In this document: piece by piece, positions 45,349-57,125 of the stretch
How the letters are laid out: every line of letters starts with the position of its first letter
How positions within the stretch are numbered: the stretch's first letter is position 1
Source of the DNA: Minutocellus sp. GHC0000111
Taxonomy: Eukaryota
DNA: 64,000 nucleotides
Reading direction: 5' to 3'
NCBI GenBank assembly: GCA_977018835.1
Contig: OZ361256.1
Coordinates: 4,278,001 to 4,342,000, forward strand
Notes under the pieces: generated by a model
Database searches by the model: none
Seen by the model: only the letters and a program-made list of their open reading frames with translations
What the model was told of the DNA's origin: nothing
Position numbers and translations under genes: made by a program

Positions 45349-46302
45349 ATGCCCGAGACTGCCGATACCGCTGCCGCCGCAGCTACGGCCGGAACCAAGC
45401 GCCCTCGCTCCGATGAGGATAGCGCCGCCGATGAAGCTGCCGCTGCTTCAGCAGCTCCACTAACGGCCGACGGTGAGATGCCGCAAAAGAAGTTCTACCG
45501 CAGCCGCGCCCACGTCAATCCACTCTCGCACAACAATGCGTACGAGTACCCAACCAAGCCCACGCTGCTGGATTGGACCGCCGAGCATTATCCCAACCAC
45601 CCCGATCTCGCAAAAAACGCCAACGACGACAAACCCACAAACATCGTCCCCAACGTCCTCGACATTGGCTGCGGCTTCGGCGGCCTCACCATCGCCCTTT
45701 CCACCCTCCTCCCCACCAAGACGATATTGGGGTTGGAAATCCGCGACAAGGTGACGGAATACGTCCGGCTGCGCATCGCCGCCCTCCGCAAGGAGCATCC
45801 CGGCCAGTACGAAAACGCCAGCGTGTTGAGGTCCAACACCATGAAGTTCATGCCCAACATGTTCGCCAAATCCAGCCTGGACAAGGTATTCTTCTGCTTC
45901 CCCGACCCGCACTTCAAGCGCAAGAACCATCCCCGTCGGATCGTGTCGGACCGTCTTTTGTCGGAATATGCCTACTTCCTCAAACCCACCGAGGGACGGT
46001 TGTATTGCATCACCGACGTGGAGGAGCTGCACCAGTGGCACGTGAGGCATTGTCGGTCGCATCCGTTGTTTCGCGAATTGACGCAGGAGGAGATGGAGGA
46101 TGATCCGTGCGTGGCGGCCATGAGGGTCGAGACCGAGGAGGGCAAGAAGGTGGAGAGGGCCGGTGCCGCGAAATATTATGCCGTGTATCAGAGACTGCCC
46201 GATGAGGAGGTGGTGGTGGGCAAGAGAGCAGCAGTGACGGCAGAAAACTTTTGGACCGAGGGCGAGTTTGGTGTTCGCAAGTCGGAGAATAGCAAGGAGT
46301 AA
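45349..46302 (+). CDS. TRM8: tRNA (guanine-N7)-methyltransferase TRM8/METTL1
   Basis: MPQKKFYRSRAHVNPLS, LDIGCGFGGL, LGLEIRDKV, FFCFPDPHFK, ITDVEELH, TEEGKKV. Confidence 0.95.
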   Translation: MPETADTAAAAATAGTKRPRSDEDSAADEAAAASAAPLTADGEMPQKKFYRSRAHVNPLSHNNAYEYPTKPTLLDWTAEHYPNHPDLAKNANDDKPTNIVPNVLDIGCGFGGLTIALSTLLPTKTILGLEIRDKVTEYVRLRIAALRKEHPGQYENASVLRSNTMKFMPNMFAKSSLDKVFFCFPDPHFKRKNHPRRIVSDRLLSEYAYFLKPTEGRLYCITDVEELHQWHVRHCRSHPLFRELTQEEMEDDPCVAAMRVETEEGKKVERAGAAKYYAVYQRLPDEEVVVGKRAAVTAENFWTEGEFGVRKSENSKE

Positions 46303-46573
46303 GAATTCCTACCGTAGATTTGAGAAAAACTATCGTCACTTACTTTGTACCGGTATCGACATCATAGTGCAACTTAAATGTGCTGCATGGCCATAATGAT
46401 GCCCCATCCCCACGCAAGAGCAAGCCAGTGCGGACGACTATCGGCGTGACGAGCGTTGTCAGAAACGTCACTTGACGCGAAGAAGAAAGATGCGATGCCA
46501 CGCCTGCTTCCCGCAACCGCCAACCAGCAAACTTCCGAGAATTTGACCTCACAATCCCAAGCAACACGCGACA

Positions 46574-48016
46574 ATGACGGCAACTTCAACCCCCACCGCA
46601 TGCACCGACCAGCAACCAGCCCTGTACAGTCTAGCCCACCAGAGCCGATGGAGCAGCTCGTCCGATCTCACTGGTCTGCACGACCGTCTCGTGTATCTTT
46701 CCAGCCTTCATTCTTCGTCGGTACAAGCGGCGTCGACACAAGTGCCAACTTCCGGTACCTGCGAGAATGGCCATGTCGAGAATGTTGACGAGGAAAGAGT
46801 CCCACTTACCAGAAATTCCAGGTGCGATGAGTGCCCTGCCCGCAAGAGAGCACTATCGGAGCTGCACTACGCCGACGTCCACACGCACCGCACGGCCCTG
46901 CACATCTTGTGCTACTGGCGCCCCCGCGTGCACCTCGTGTCGCAGTTTCTAGAAATGGCACCGCACATGGTATGGTCGCGCTCTTCGTCGGGCGAGACGG
47001 CGTTGCACCTGGCATGCAGCAATGCTACCCGTATGGCAGGGGCTGACGTGATAGAGTTGTTGTTGGGTGTGGCTGAGATAACGTCAGATACCGATGACAC
47101 TACTGCCGAGTCCAAAGCCCAAAGACGACGGCGGTATACCCTATTGGCCGACGAGAGAGGATGGACGGCCCTCCACTGCGCTGTTCAGGCCGATGCTCCC
47201 ACATCTGTTTTAGACGCTTTGCTAAAGGCTGCTCCGGAAGCAGCGATAATGAGTGGCGGGCATGCAGCAAGTTCAAAGACGCCGGTCGATATTCTCAACC
47301 AAACGTACGAATTATTCATCGACCAGAATTTGAACTGTGAGAACGACAAGGACGATGTGACTAATAGTGACGACAACGAACCGCAAGATAACAGCAATGC
47401 CGACACCATTGACAATGGCAGTACTCTAGCTGATACATTATGTCATTTCTGGGACAATTTGACCATCCTTCTACCGGCTCAAGCACTACAAGAGAGCCCA
47501 TGCGAAGACCTACCGATTCTTCATGCCACCCTCATACTCCTGACATCTCAAAAACTGCGAATGCCATCAAGTCTCGTTCGATTTATCATGAAGAACTGCG
47601 CTGGCGAAGAAGCGCATTTAATTGATGGCAACGGCTGCTATGCCTTGTATTATGGAGCACAAGCTTTGGCTCGCGGTGCTGTTGATGCTACCACAGTACA
47701 AAAACTCCTCGATGAATATCCCAATGCCGCAAGAGTGCGAAGCAGCGAGGGACGTTATCCTCTGCAGCTATTGCTCCAAAGCAATGACGTCGAGACTAGA
47801 AGCTTTATTAGATTAGTCCAGGACACCGCTCGAGCTTATCCCCCTGCCATTGTCGGCACCTCAGCATATTCTGACGAGCTTGCCCCTCACATCATCGAAA
47901 TGCTCTGCCGTGAGAATAACCAGAACAAAGCGGACCAACAAACATATGGAGGCATCGGGAATGTATTCGATGCGCTGAGAACAGAGCCAAACTTGATGAA
48001 ATATATCAAAATATAA
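46574..48016 (+). CDS. Ankyrin-repeat protein
   Basis: RTALHILC, GETALHLAC, GWTALHCAV, GRYPLQLL. Confidence 0.8.
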   Translation: MTATSTPTACTDQQPALYSLAHQSRWSSSSDLTGLHDRLVYLSSLHSSSVQAASTQVPTSGTCENGHVENVDEERVPLTRNSRCDECPARKRALSELHYADVHTHRTALHILCYWRPRVHLVSQFLEMAPHMVWSRSSSGETALHLACSNATRMAGADVIELLLGVAEITSDTDDTTAESKAQRRRRYTLLADERGWTALHCAVQADAPTSVLDALLKAAPEAAIMSGGHAASSKTPVDILNQTYELFIDQNLNCENDKDDVTNSDDNEPQDNSNADTIDNGSTLADTLCHFWDNLTILLPAQALQESPCEDLPILHATLILLTSQKLRMPSSLVRFIMKNCAGEEAHLIDGNGCYALYYGAQALARGAVDATTVQKLLDEYPNAARVRSSEGRYPLQLLLQSNDVETRSFIRLVQDTARAYPPAIVGTSAYSDELAPHIIEMLCRENNQNKADQQTYGGIGNVFDALRTEPNLMKYIKI

Positions 48017-48079
48017 TCTAATTTACACAAGTTGTTTATAAATTTCATGATGATCAATAACACTCATCGTCAACAAAGC

Positions 48080-49314
48080 TCACTGTGCCGGCATTTCCTC
48101 GTTTTGTCGTCCCAGTATCTCAGCAAAGACGTCCTCCTCCGACACTGGTGGGTTGGACGGGGCATCAACTCCTTCAAACACCCACTCTTTGTATTTTCCA
48201 TCCCACTCGGGAATTTTTCGGTGCAGTTTGTACGATATAGGGTCGATCGCAGAGTCTGGTCATTGGAAATGCTTGTGCATCTCGGCAGCCTCATTTCCTC
48301 GAAATCTCGCAACCTCTGTGCATTATCTTTGCCGCTCCTGTCATCAGAAAGAATACGACTTAGAAGGACAGCATCTTCAAACGCCAAGCTACCACCGAGG
48401 CCACTAGCTGGACGAATGGAGTGAGCTGCATCACCCACAAGAGTGATTCGACCCTTTCCTCCCCAGCCCTCCTTGGCAGTCAAATCAACAACAGCCATCT
48501 GCGTCGACCACTTTAGATCTGATGTAGATTTGGTATTCTCCAAAACCAATTTGGCATCAGCAAACTGCTTTAGCGTCGCCTCATCGGGATTCTCCAGTGA
48601 TTTCATGTACTTCCGAATCATATCAAGTGGCGTAGTTTCTCCCGTCGAAATGCCCAACTCTCCACTCGGATCTTGGATGCTGCATACCCAAGCGAAGAGT
48701 CCTGGCGTTTTGGAATGGAAGTTGAAGTAGAACAGTATAATTTTGTCGCCAAATTGAGCGGCTGTTCCAAGGTCGGCTTTCTCAAAGTGTTTCAGGACAT
48801 CAATATTGCTGATGTTGACACTTCCTCTCCAAACGTGAGCTCCCGTGGGCTTTGCAGCTGCGAGGTTCAAGATGCCGGTACGAACATACGAGTGGACACC
48901 ATCTGCGCCAATGATTACATCGGATTCAATCATGACATCGGAATTTTTGAATGTTGCAATAAGTGATTCATCTTTCTCGTCTACTTTCTCAAGTGATACA
49001 CCCATGTAAAGAGCAATGCGGTCCGGCATTGCTTTGACCTTGTTGAGCAGGGCGTCGCGTACTTTGAACCAAGGCAGCATGTAACCGCCGTTGGATTCCA
49101 TGAGGATGCCTTCATCTTTCAGGTCTTCAAGAACATCGGGGGCAATTTCCTCGAGGGCCTTTTGACCGTTCGGTGCGAGGCCGAATGTGGCACCACGGGC
49201 CTCGAAATCTTCCCGACGCTCGACGATGGTAATTTTCGCGTCCTCGACCTTGTTCGCGAGGGCGATTGCCGTGGAAAGACCGGCTAAGCCAGCGCCAACG
49301 ACGAGTATCTTCAT
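48080..49314 (-). CDS. FAD-dependent monooxygenase (salicylate hydroxylase/zeaxanthin epoxidase superfamily); frameshift near 48237
   Basis: VVGAGLAGL, IIGADGVHSYVR, ITLVGDAAH...GGSLAFEDA. A plausible C-terminus (IPEWDGKYKEWVFEG...MPAQ*) lies in a shifted frame. Confidence 0.9.
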
Positions 49315-49695
49315 TGCTTCAGGATTATATGTGTGTTGATTATTTTATGATTGTGGTTCTCGAATTCTTGGCTTCTCACCAATGACATCGCTCCTCACTC
49401 GAGAAAGTGCAAACCAGAGAATGGGCGGACGAAAAATGCTTGGAGGGGCTATTGTAAATGATTATTGCCAAGGAATGACCGGATGAGATAGATGAGAAAA
49501 AGGAAAAGAAAGAGAAAGAGCACAAGGGGAAGAATCCAAAATGAAAACGCAGAGGCAGCCTCGCTCAGCGGCTCAGCGGCGACATCACGGCTACTTATTG
49601 ACTGCTCAAACTAACGAACGCGCCTCCAACGATACAAGTAGACTGCAATACCCAACCACATTGCAACATTCATTCTTCATTCACGAGAAAATAAG

Positions 49696-50577
49696 ATGGC
49701 CGAAAACAAGGGAAATGTACTCCCGCAGCCCGAGACAGCGCCGCTGGTGGCGCTGATGGTCGGCGAAGGGCGGCTGCACGACGCTGCCGAAGGTGACGAA
49801 GAAGCACAACACCAGGAGTATGGGGCTGTAAACAACAACGGAGGTGCCGCCAATTCAAAAGTACCCCAGTCTGCAAAGAAGTCCCCAGCTCGCAAAGGAT
49901 GGTGGAAGCGGAAAAAGAAGACCAACATTGATGAGTACAAAACAAGCCTCGAATCGCGACAAAAGATCCACTCGGGCGGACTGCCGCGAAGGAATTGTTG
50001 CCACGGAATGTTCATCTTTCTAAGTATTGCTTCGATTCTTACATGTTTGGCCATGATCATTAGCAAGGTGCTGCCGCTTTTTTTGACAAATGATATCCAC
50101 GAGCAGAGCTACGTCCAGCTCGCAATCAGGTGTTACATCGCCTTCTTCTCCCTGATATTCATCCTTGCTGAGCTGGAAGCTCCGATAGTTCGGACCAACG
50201 CTACCTTGCAAAATTTCCTCAGCAAAGGGTTCAATTATACCTTCGTGGCAGTTGTGGCCATGGGACAGATAGAGGCAACCCTGGCTGTCAAGTCAATAAA
50301 GAAGGTCAGCGAAGGCCCCCTTGGAATCGACTGGGACGAGTTCAACGTCATTTTCATAGAGCTACCACCATGGATTATGGGCGGAGTCGGCCTGCTGTAC
50401 ATGGTTTTGGGCTTGCTTTGCATGAGAGCCGTTCGGGATCGTTGCAGGGAGGACTATCAGAGGCGGATGGAGGAGTACTTTGAGGCAAAAGCTGCCGCGG
50501 AGAGGGATGAGCTGATTGGTCTATTTGTCGGAGGCAATGCAACGGACCATCGTAAGGTTACTTTGCCATCTCAGTGA
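49696..50577 (+). CDS. Membrane protein, COPI-associated/TVP15-like
   Basis: About 4 TM segments; AIRCYIAFFSLIFILAELE...NFLSKGFNYTFVAV...GVGLLYMVLGLLC. Confidence 0.6.
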   Translation: MAENKGNVLPQPETAPLVALMVGEGRLHDAAEGDEEAQHQEYGAVNNNGGAANSKVPQSAKKSPARKGWWKRKKKTNIDEYKTSLESRQKIHSGGLPRRNCCHGMFIFLSIASILTCLAMIISKVLPLFLTNDIHEQSYVQLAIRCYIAFFSLIFILAELEAPIVRTNATLQNFLSKGFNYTFVAVVAMGQIEATLAVKSIKKVSEGPLGIDWDEFNVIFIELPPWIMGGVGLLYMVLGLLCMRAVRDRCREDYQRRMEEYFEAKAAAERDELIGLFVGGNATDHRKVTLPSQ

Positions 50578-50683
50578 AAATCACGTCTTTGTACATTACA
50601 TTACAATGAATGTTCATTTTACAAATAATGTTTATGATATTTACATAGTAGCACAAACATTCTACAAAGCAGTGTTCGATTCG

Positions 50684-51571
50684 TCACACAACAGCTATGC
50701 TATATGTGTCCTTCATCTCTACAAAGTTTTGGCCATTTTCATCTTCATCGGTAGCAATTTTCCTTCTATTCCTTCCGCTGCCGTCAAACAACTGCTCCAG
50801 TAACGATAGTGCTCCTATCGCAAAAACAACACCAGCTCCAATATATGCCATATTCCTCGCCTCCTCTCCCTCGTCCTGCTGTTGCTGATATCCGCAATAC
50901 TCATTGGTAAAGCTCACGGCCACGTGCACCCCCACGCCGGGCAGATATCCAAACGTCTTTTCCCTCCACTCGTCAATCTGTTCCACTTCTTGAGGTATGG
51001 TCATGGAATGACTGATGGCAAACCCGCTCCCTATCGCACCGCACTCGCCGCCGTTGTAGTCGTAGTTGTACCAGTCGCACAGATATCCCGCCTCGATGGG
51101 GTCGGAACACATGCTGGTAATGACGACGCCCATTATGGATATGCACGGCGTCAGGACGACGGTGGGGTTGTCGTTGATGGTGTTGTGGACGAGGACTGGC
51201 GTGTATGTTACAGAAGAGATTGGGATAGTATGTTAGAAAATCGAATCTGAAAATACCACAAACCGCACTCCTCGATATTGCATATTGTAGCAAGAAAGAA
51301 CAAATTCTTTTTGGGGGCGAGTCTACTTACGATCCCCGGTAATCGCCGCGGTATCATCGGCATGACAGTCGGTGGAACCACTCCCACCGCTGCACCTCAC
51401 GACCATGTTGGATTCGGTCAGCTTCATCGCCGTGCACGATGCAGCATCGTCGACGATCTCGACGGTGATTGGCACGGCGCTGCTGCTGCTGCTGCTGCTG
51501 CTGGCGGCGGCGGCATCCGCACTGGCCAGGGCGAGCGCGGCCACGGCACCGACGACCCTTGGAGATTTCAT
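50684..51571 (-). CDS. Hypothetical type I membrane protein
   Basis: Signal peptide MKSPRVVGAVAALALASA; intron 51330-51196 (GTAAGT...CCAG) joins in frame to ORF 50684-51133; TM AYIGAGVVFAIGALSLL. Confidence 0.7.
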
Positions 51572-51857
51572 CTTGTATTTTGATTGTGCTGGAAACCGGG
51601 AGGAAACTGCGGCTCCACTGCTATGCTCTGCTCTTTGATAACGGCGGCGACTGCAAATCGCTGGTTCCTCGATCGCTTCTTTCCACAAAGTCATGATCTA
51701 TCATGAGCTTGCATGCCTTCTTGACTGCGCTTTTTCGCGAAGTCGCCAAAATGCAAAGTGAAAGTTGGTTTTTGTGCTTTGAATTTTGAGTTTCTGTGAT
51801 GCAATCATGATGTTTTGTTATCGACAATTTTGGTCGGTTCGGCCGGCGCGCGCGGGA

Positions 51858-52280
51858 GTTTTGAAAAGAGAATAAGGGCGGACGCGCGGGGCAGAGACCA
51901 GGCGCCACTCGTACTAGTACTCTGCGTTGGACTTATCAGAGAAGGCATTGCATTGCTTTGCTGCTCCTCTGCATTTCCCCCGTTGGACTTTGTTTTACAC
52001 GCATCTTTACTGTGGAATTGTTATTTCGAAGCACATATCGTGTTCGGTATCTTCCAGAGCAAACGCACCGAACGCACGCGGCACGAACCCTCTCGCGCCC
52101 CTCATCTTTGGTTTCCCGACCCGCCCATCTCACCGTGGAAGGGAGGAGAGCGTGCCATCCGCAAAAAGCTACCGACTTCACCCGTAAATCAGTCCGTTTT
52201 GATTCTTGCCGTATATTCGGGCGATATATCTGGATTTGAGTCTGCCCCGCGTATTTTGACGCGACGTATCTTTTGAAACC
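51858..52280. mobile_element. Possible degenerate MITE upstream of SMC6
   Basis: CGCGGGGCAGA (51885-51895) inverted at 52241-52251; GTTTTGAAAAGA (51858) roughly mirrored by TCTTTTGAAACC (52269-52280) at a similar spacing. No TSD found. Confidence 0.3.
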
Positions 52281-52304
52281 AGCACAGAACTCCTACGACA
52301 AGTC

Positions 52305-55300
52305 ATGCCGACCCTCAAGAACCGTCGCTCGACCTCCTCCGCCTCCGGCACAGGAGGCACCTCGGCCTCCCCGGCCAGCGCCCGGGCCAAGGAGAATGCC
52401 GGCAATTCCCTCCTATCGGCCGAGTCGCCCGGATCCGATGCCTCCCCCTCTGCAGCCGCCGCATCTACCGGCAAGCGCAAGTCCCGCACTGCCACCGGCG
52501 CGGCCATCTCCGACCTCGACCGGACCGCCGACACGCAGGCCGGCGTCGAGGCCTTGCTGGACTTTCACGGTACCAAGCCAAATGCGGACAGTGGCGCCGA
52601 GGAGGAGAAGAGGGATGACGGTGAGGAGGAGGAGGAAGTTGCCGAAGAAGCCGAGGCCGCGGAGAGCGCCCGCAAAAAGCCCCGGAGGGTTCGGGGCGGG
52701 GCCAAGTCGGCCAAGAAGCAGAAGAAGCTCCACCGGACTGCGTCGGATCTGCTCGATGAGTCCGACGATGATGAGGAAGAATACGACGAGGAAGAAGAAT
52801 ACGACGAGGAAGAAGATGATGACGAAGTGGAGGAGGCCGGTACCAAGATGGACAACGAGCCCGCCTCTCCCGAACCCAAGAAGCGCAAGGCCTCGTCCAA
52901 AACTTCCAAGTCCAAGTCCAGATCGGACAAGATGCCCCCCATCGCGTCGCCCCTGTCGACGCACAACCGCAACGATCCCGGCAAGCCCGCCGAGGCCGGG
53001 GTCATCCGGCGGGTGTACGTGGAGAACTTCATGTGCCATCGCAAGCTGACGGTGGATCTGTGTCGCAACGTCAACTTTATTTACGGGCAGAACGGCAGTG
53101 GCAAGGTGCGTTTGTTTGTTGTGTTTGAATTCATGTTTCTTTGCATCAGGATCTGTAGGACATGCGCGTTGCAGTTGCTTTGGATGGATCCATTCGATTT
53201 TGGATATGTTTGGTCTTGTGCCTGTTTCTGTGCGTTTCTGTTCTGGGACCACGGTGCCTTCGTGATGTTTCCTCTTGCCTATATATAGAGTGTTCCATAT
53301 TATCTTCCGACAAGACAAGCTCAACTCAATCATCTCTATATACTTTGTTGCGCATCGGTTGCAAATTCGATAATCGCCGCCCACAGTCCGCCATCCTGGC
53401 CGCCATCCAAATCTGCCTCGGTGCCGGCGCCCGCCGTACGCACCGTGCCACCAACCTCAAGGAATTGGTCCGGAAGGAGGCCGGATCCAACTGCAACGGT
53501 GCCAAGGTCCGCGTCACCGTCCTGAATCGTGGCGACGATGGATACCAGCACGACGTCTACGGCGATTCCATCACCATCGAACGGTCCATCTCCCTCCGGG
53601 GCGGGTACAACGGCTACAAGCTCCTCGACGAGAATGGCGTGGAGAAGAGCCGCAACAAGAAGGATTTGGATGCCATGCTCGATCAGCTCAACATTCAGGT
53701 GGAGAATCCCGTCGCCGTTCTGGATCAGGAGGAGGCGAAGAAATTTTTGTGTGGCAAGCCCGAGGATAAGTACAACTTCTTCACCAAGGCTACTGAGCTC
53801 GAGCGCATGGATCGGGCCTACGCCAATCTCTCCGATAACCTTGAGGATATGTCCGAAGCTGCCAGCCGTATCCGCGAAACCTTGGCGCCAAAGGAGCAGA
53901 CTGTCAAAGCGCTCAAGCACGAGTATGACCAATTCAAGGAACTCGATAAGCTCGAGGCCAAGGTCGGCCAGCTTCGAGTGACGGCTGTGTGGGCGAAGCG
54001 AAACGAAATGCAGGAGAAGGCTGACGGAGCTCAGGAGGTGAGTCAATGGCGCTTCTTTTCTTTGACCATATTCGATTCCAGGGAGTTACCTTCTTTTGTG
54101 GACTGTGAAAGCAATCTTTCATTCGTTTTGATAGATTTGCTCAAACTTTTGAATCATATGCCTTTCCCTCTTTTTAATTTTGATGCCTACGCAGACCCTT
54201 GAGAAACTCGAGCAAAAGGTCGAGAAAGGCAAGGAGAGTTTGGAGAAGGCCAAGGCCGAAGCCGATGTCACCGACGACAAGGAAGAATTGCTCCGAGCCA
54301 ACATCGAGAAGCTCACGAAAGAAGCCGAAGAGGCACGTTCGACCAAGCAGGAGCGTGAGGGCGAGCTCAAGGATGTTGAGGGCCCCTCGCGCAAGATCCA
54401 CAAGGAGCTCGCGCATATTAAGAAGGAGGAGCATCGCGCCGAGAAGGCCGTGAAGAGTGCCAAAAGAGCTCTTCAGAGAGCTCGTGACGAGATTGCAGCC
54501 GCTGCTGGCAACCGCGAGTCCGAGGCTAGATCCCGTATCGAACGGAAGGAGCGAGCCGAGCGCAAGCTTGCCGAGGCCAAGGAGCAGGAACGTGAAAATG
54601 CCCGGCTTGTCCAGGAGAATCTCGACAAATATGAAGAAGTTGAGCCCAAACTCCAGCATGCCAAGGAAGATACCCATGCTGCCGAGACCTCGTTCAACAG
54701 TGCGCGTCATCGTCTTCAGGATCTCAAGAAGAGTGATGGCAACAAGCTTTCCGTCTACGGTCAAAAAACTGTCGCCATGGTTCGCAAAATCGACGAGGCC
54801 AAGCGTCGTCGTCAAATTACTGGTTCCGTCGTCGGCCCTATTGGTGTGCATATCAAGATCAAGACAGGAGAAGAAAAATATGCTGGGCTCGCCGAGCTTG
54901 CTCTTGGAGGAGCCAACAATCTTGGGCGTTTCATCGTATCCAACGATGAGGATCGAGCTCTGCTCATGAGATTTCGCCAAGAGCTTGGTTGTCGCCCCAA
55001 CGAATGTGGAGTCTTGACGAACGTAAGTACTTGTGATGTTCTTTTATTTGTGTCTTTTCCGTTCTTTGTCATCTTCCCGCACGTCTCCCTCAAACCTTCT
55101 TTTCCCCTCTTACACCTATGCATGTGCACCTTACTGCAGGCATCTACCTCTCGTCACAGAGTCCGCGCAAGCCCATCGCCGGAAGTTCGACTCGTCTGTG
55201 AGGTCCTGGATATTGAAGACGACCTGGTTGTCAATACTCTAGTCGACTTCTTCCGCATTGACACGATTGCTCTTGCCGATTCCAAGCAAACCAGTGAAAG

Positions 55301-56955
55301 TGCTCTTCTTATCCGAGACCCAAACGATCCGAACAAGGAAGGTATCAGACAGCCAGTGAAGCAGGTCCATTTCCTCCCAAGCGGTGATTTGTGGAAAGTT
55401 ACCAAAGGCTCTCGTCAGATGATCAGTAACGAGAAACCGATTCGAAGGACCATTGGTATTGACCAAAGCGCTGCTATTCGAGAGTTGGAGAATGATCTTC
55501 AGATGTTGAGGAACGATGTCGACCAGAAGCGTCAAGCCGAAGAAGCCCTAAAGAAGGAAGAGCATCTCTACAAGAAACGGTGGAATGACGAGAACAAGAA
55601 GCGAAGTAAGCTTCTCAAAACCATCGAGACTGCTGAGCAAACGATCGACAATATCAACGACGAGGACGACGGAAACGAAGATGTAGAGGCCGATACTACC
55701 GCCGAAGAGGACGAGGTCAAGTCTGCCGAGGAGGCGCTCGAGGAGGTCCAATCGAGGTACGAGGAGAAGAAGGCCGCCAAGGAAGGTATGTGGCCCGCCA
55801 TCGAAGAAGCCAAGAGACGTCTTGATGAGGTCACGACGAGGAACGAGAAGGTTCTCGACGAGATCGAACAGGCCGAGAATGAGCTACAGAAGTATGTTCA
55901 GGGTCACGCCAAGCTCCAGGCCAATGTCGAGAAGAAGGAGAAGAAACTCGAACAGATCGAGGAAATGTGCGCGCAGCAGAAGGCCAAAGCAGCCGAGGTC
56001 GCTTCCCAACTAGAAGAATGGACGTCAAAGGCTCGCCAGCTTGCTTTTGATCTGCTAGAGGAGAAGAAACAGAAGGAAGCACAAGAAAACGGCGAGCGGT
56101 ATGAACCTCGCGAAGCTACTCCTGAAGATCTCGACCAGATCGAGCCAGAAGAGACGCGCAAGAATGTCGATTACTACCAAACCAAGATCGAGCAAGGCGA
56201 AAAGAGGATCGAGAAGGAAAAGCAGAAGCGCGCCTTGACCGAAAGTGATCCCGAGGTTGCCTTCATGAAGTATATGCGAGCCAAGAAGGATCTCGATGAA
56301 AAGATTGAGCAATTGGAGCGTATTCAAGCGACAGTTGATGACCTCACCGAAGATGCCCACGACCGCAGAAAGCGCTGGAGACAGTTCCGTGCTCACATCC
56401 AGCAAACTACTGGAGCCATCTTCGATGAAATTTTGAACAAGAAGGGTAGTTCCGGCACGCTTGAATTCGATCACAATGACGGGACTCTCAATCTCGCTGT
56501 TCAGAAGGATGCGGACAATCAAATGAGCCAGACCAAGGATGTCAAGGCCTTGAGGTGAGTGATTGTACGATACCTTGGGTTATATTGTCTTTTCTGTCGC
56601 TTCCGTTATTATCCGGTTTGCGTTCTTTCACTTGCCCATCTCTTTATGTTGTTGCAGTGGCGGAGAAAGGAGTTTCACTACTCTTGCCCTTCTCCTCGCC
56701 CTCGGCGAGAACCTCGAGACGCCATTCCGTGTGATGGACGAGTTCGATGTCTTCCTCGATCCTGTCTCTCGTAAGATCGCCCTACAGACCATGATCAACG
56801 TCGCCAAGGAGATGGAGCACCGCCAATTCATCTTCATCACGCCCCAAGATCTGTCCAGTATCCAGACGGACAGCAAGCTCAAGATCTTCCAGATGAAGAA
56901 CCCCAAGCGCGGCAACGTCGGCGGTGCCCAACAGCAGACGCTTGCCTTCGAATAG
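52305..56955 (+). CDS. SMC6: Structural maintenance of chromosomes protein 6
   Basis: VENFMCH, Walker A GQNGSGK|S, NIQVENPVAVLDQE, long coiled coils, LS|GGERSFTT, PFRVMDEFDVFLD, QFIFITPQ. Introns 53106-53386, 54038-54194, 55023-55139, 56555-56657. Confidence 0.93.
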
Positions 56956-57125
56956 TCCGAGAACATGGCTTGAGCAGATCGATTCGGGGATCGCAGCTCG
57001 CTTCTATTTTGTGATCGACTTGTACGGCCGTCGATCAAGCTGAGCGAGTGCGATGATTTGAATGATTAGATTACTACGTATATTTATTTGGTAGAGGAGT
57101 AGTATTCTAACATAGTATCAGCAAA

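Noticed and set aside
51479..51503. (GCT)n trinucleotide run
   Set aside because: Ordinary poly-Ser coding microsatellite within the gene at 50684-51571.
52413..54980. Long minus-strand ORFs (323, 236 and 268 aa) over SMC6
   Set aside because: Antisense shadows of biased-codon SMC6 exons.
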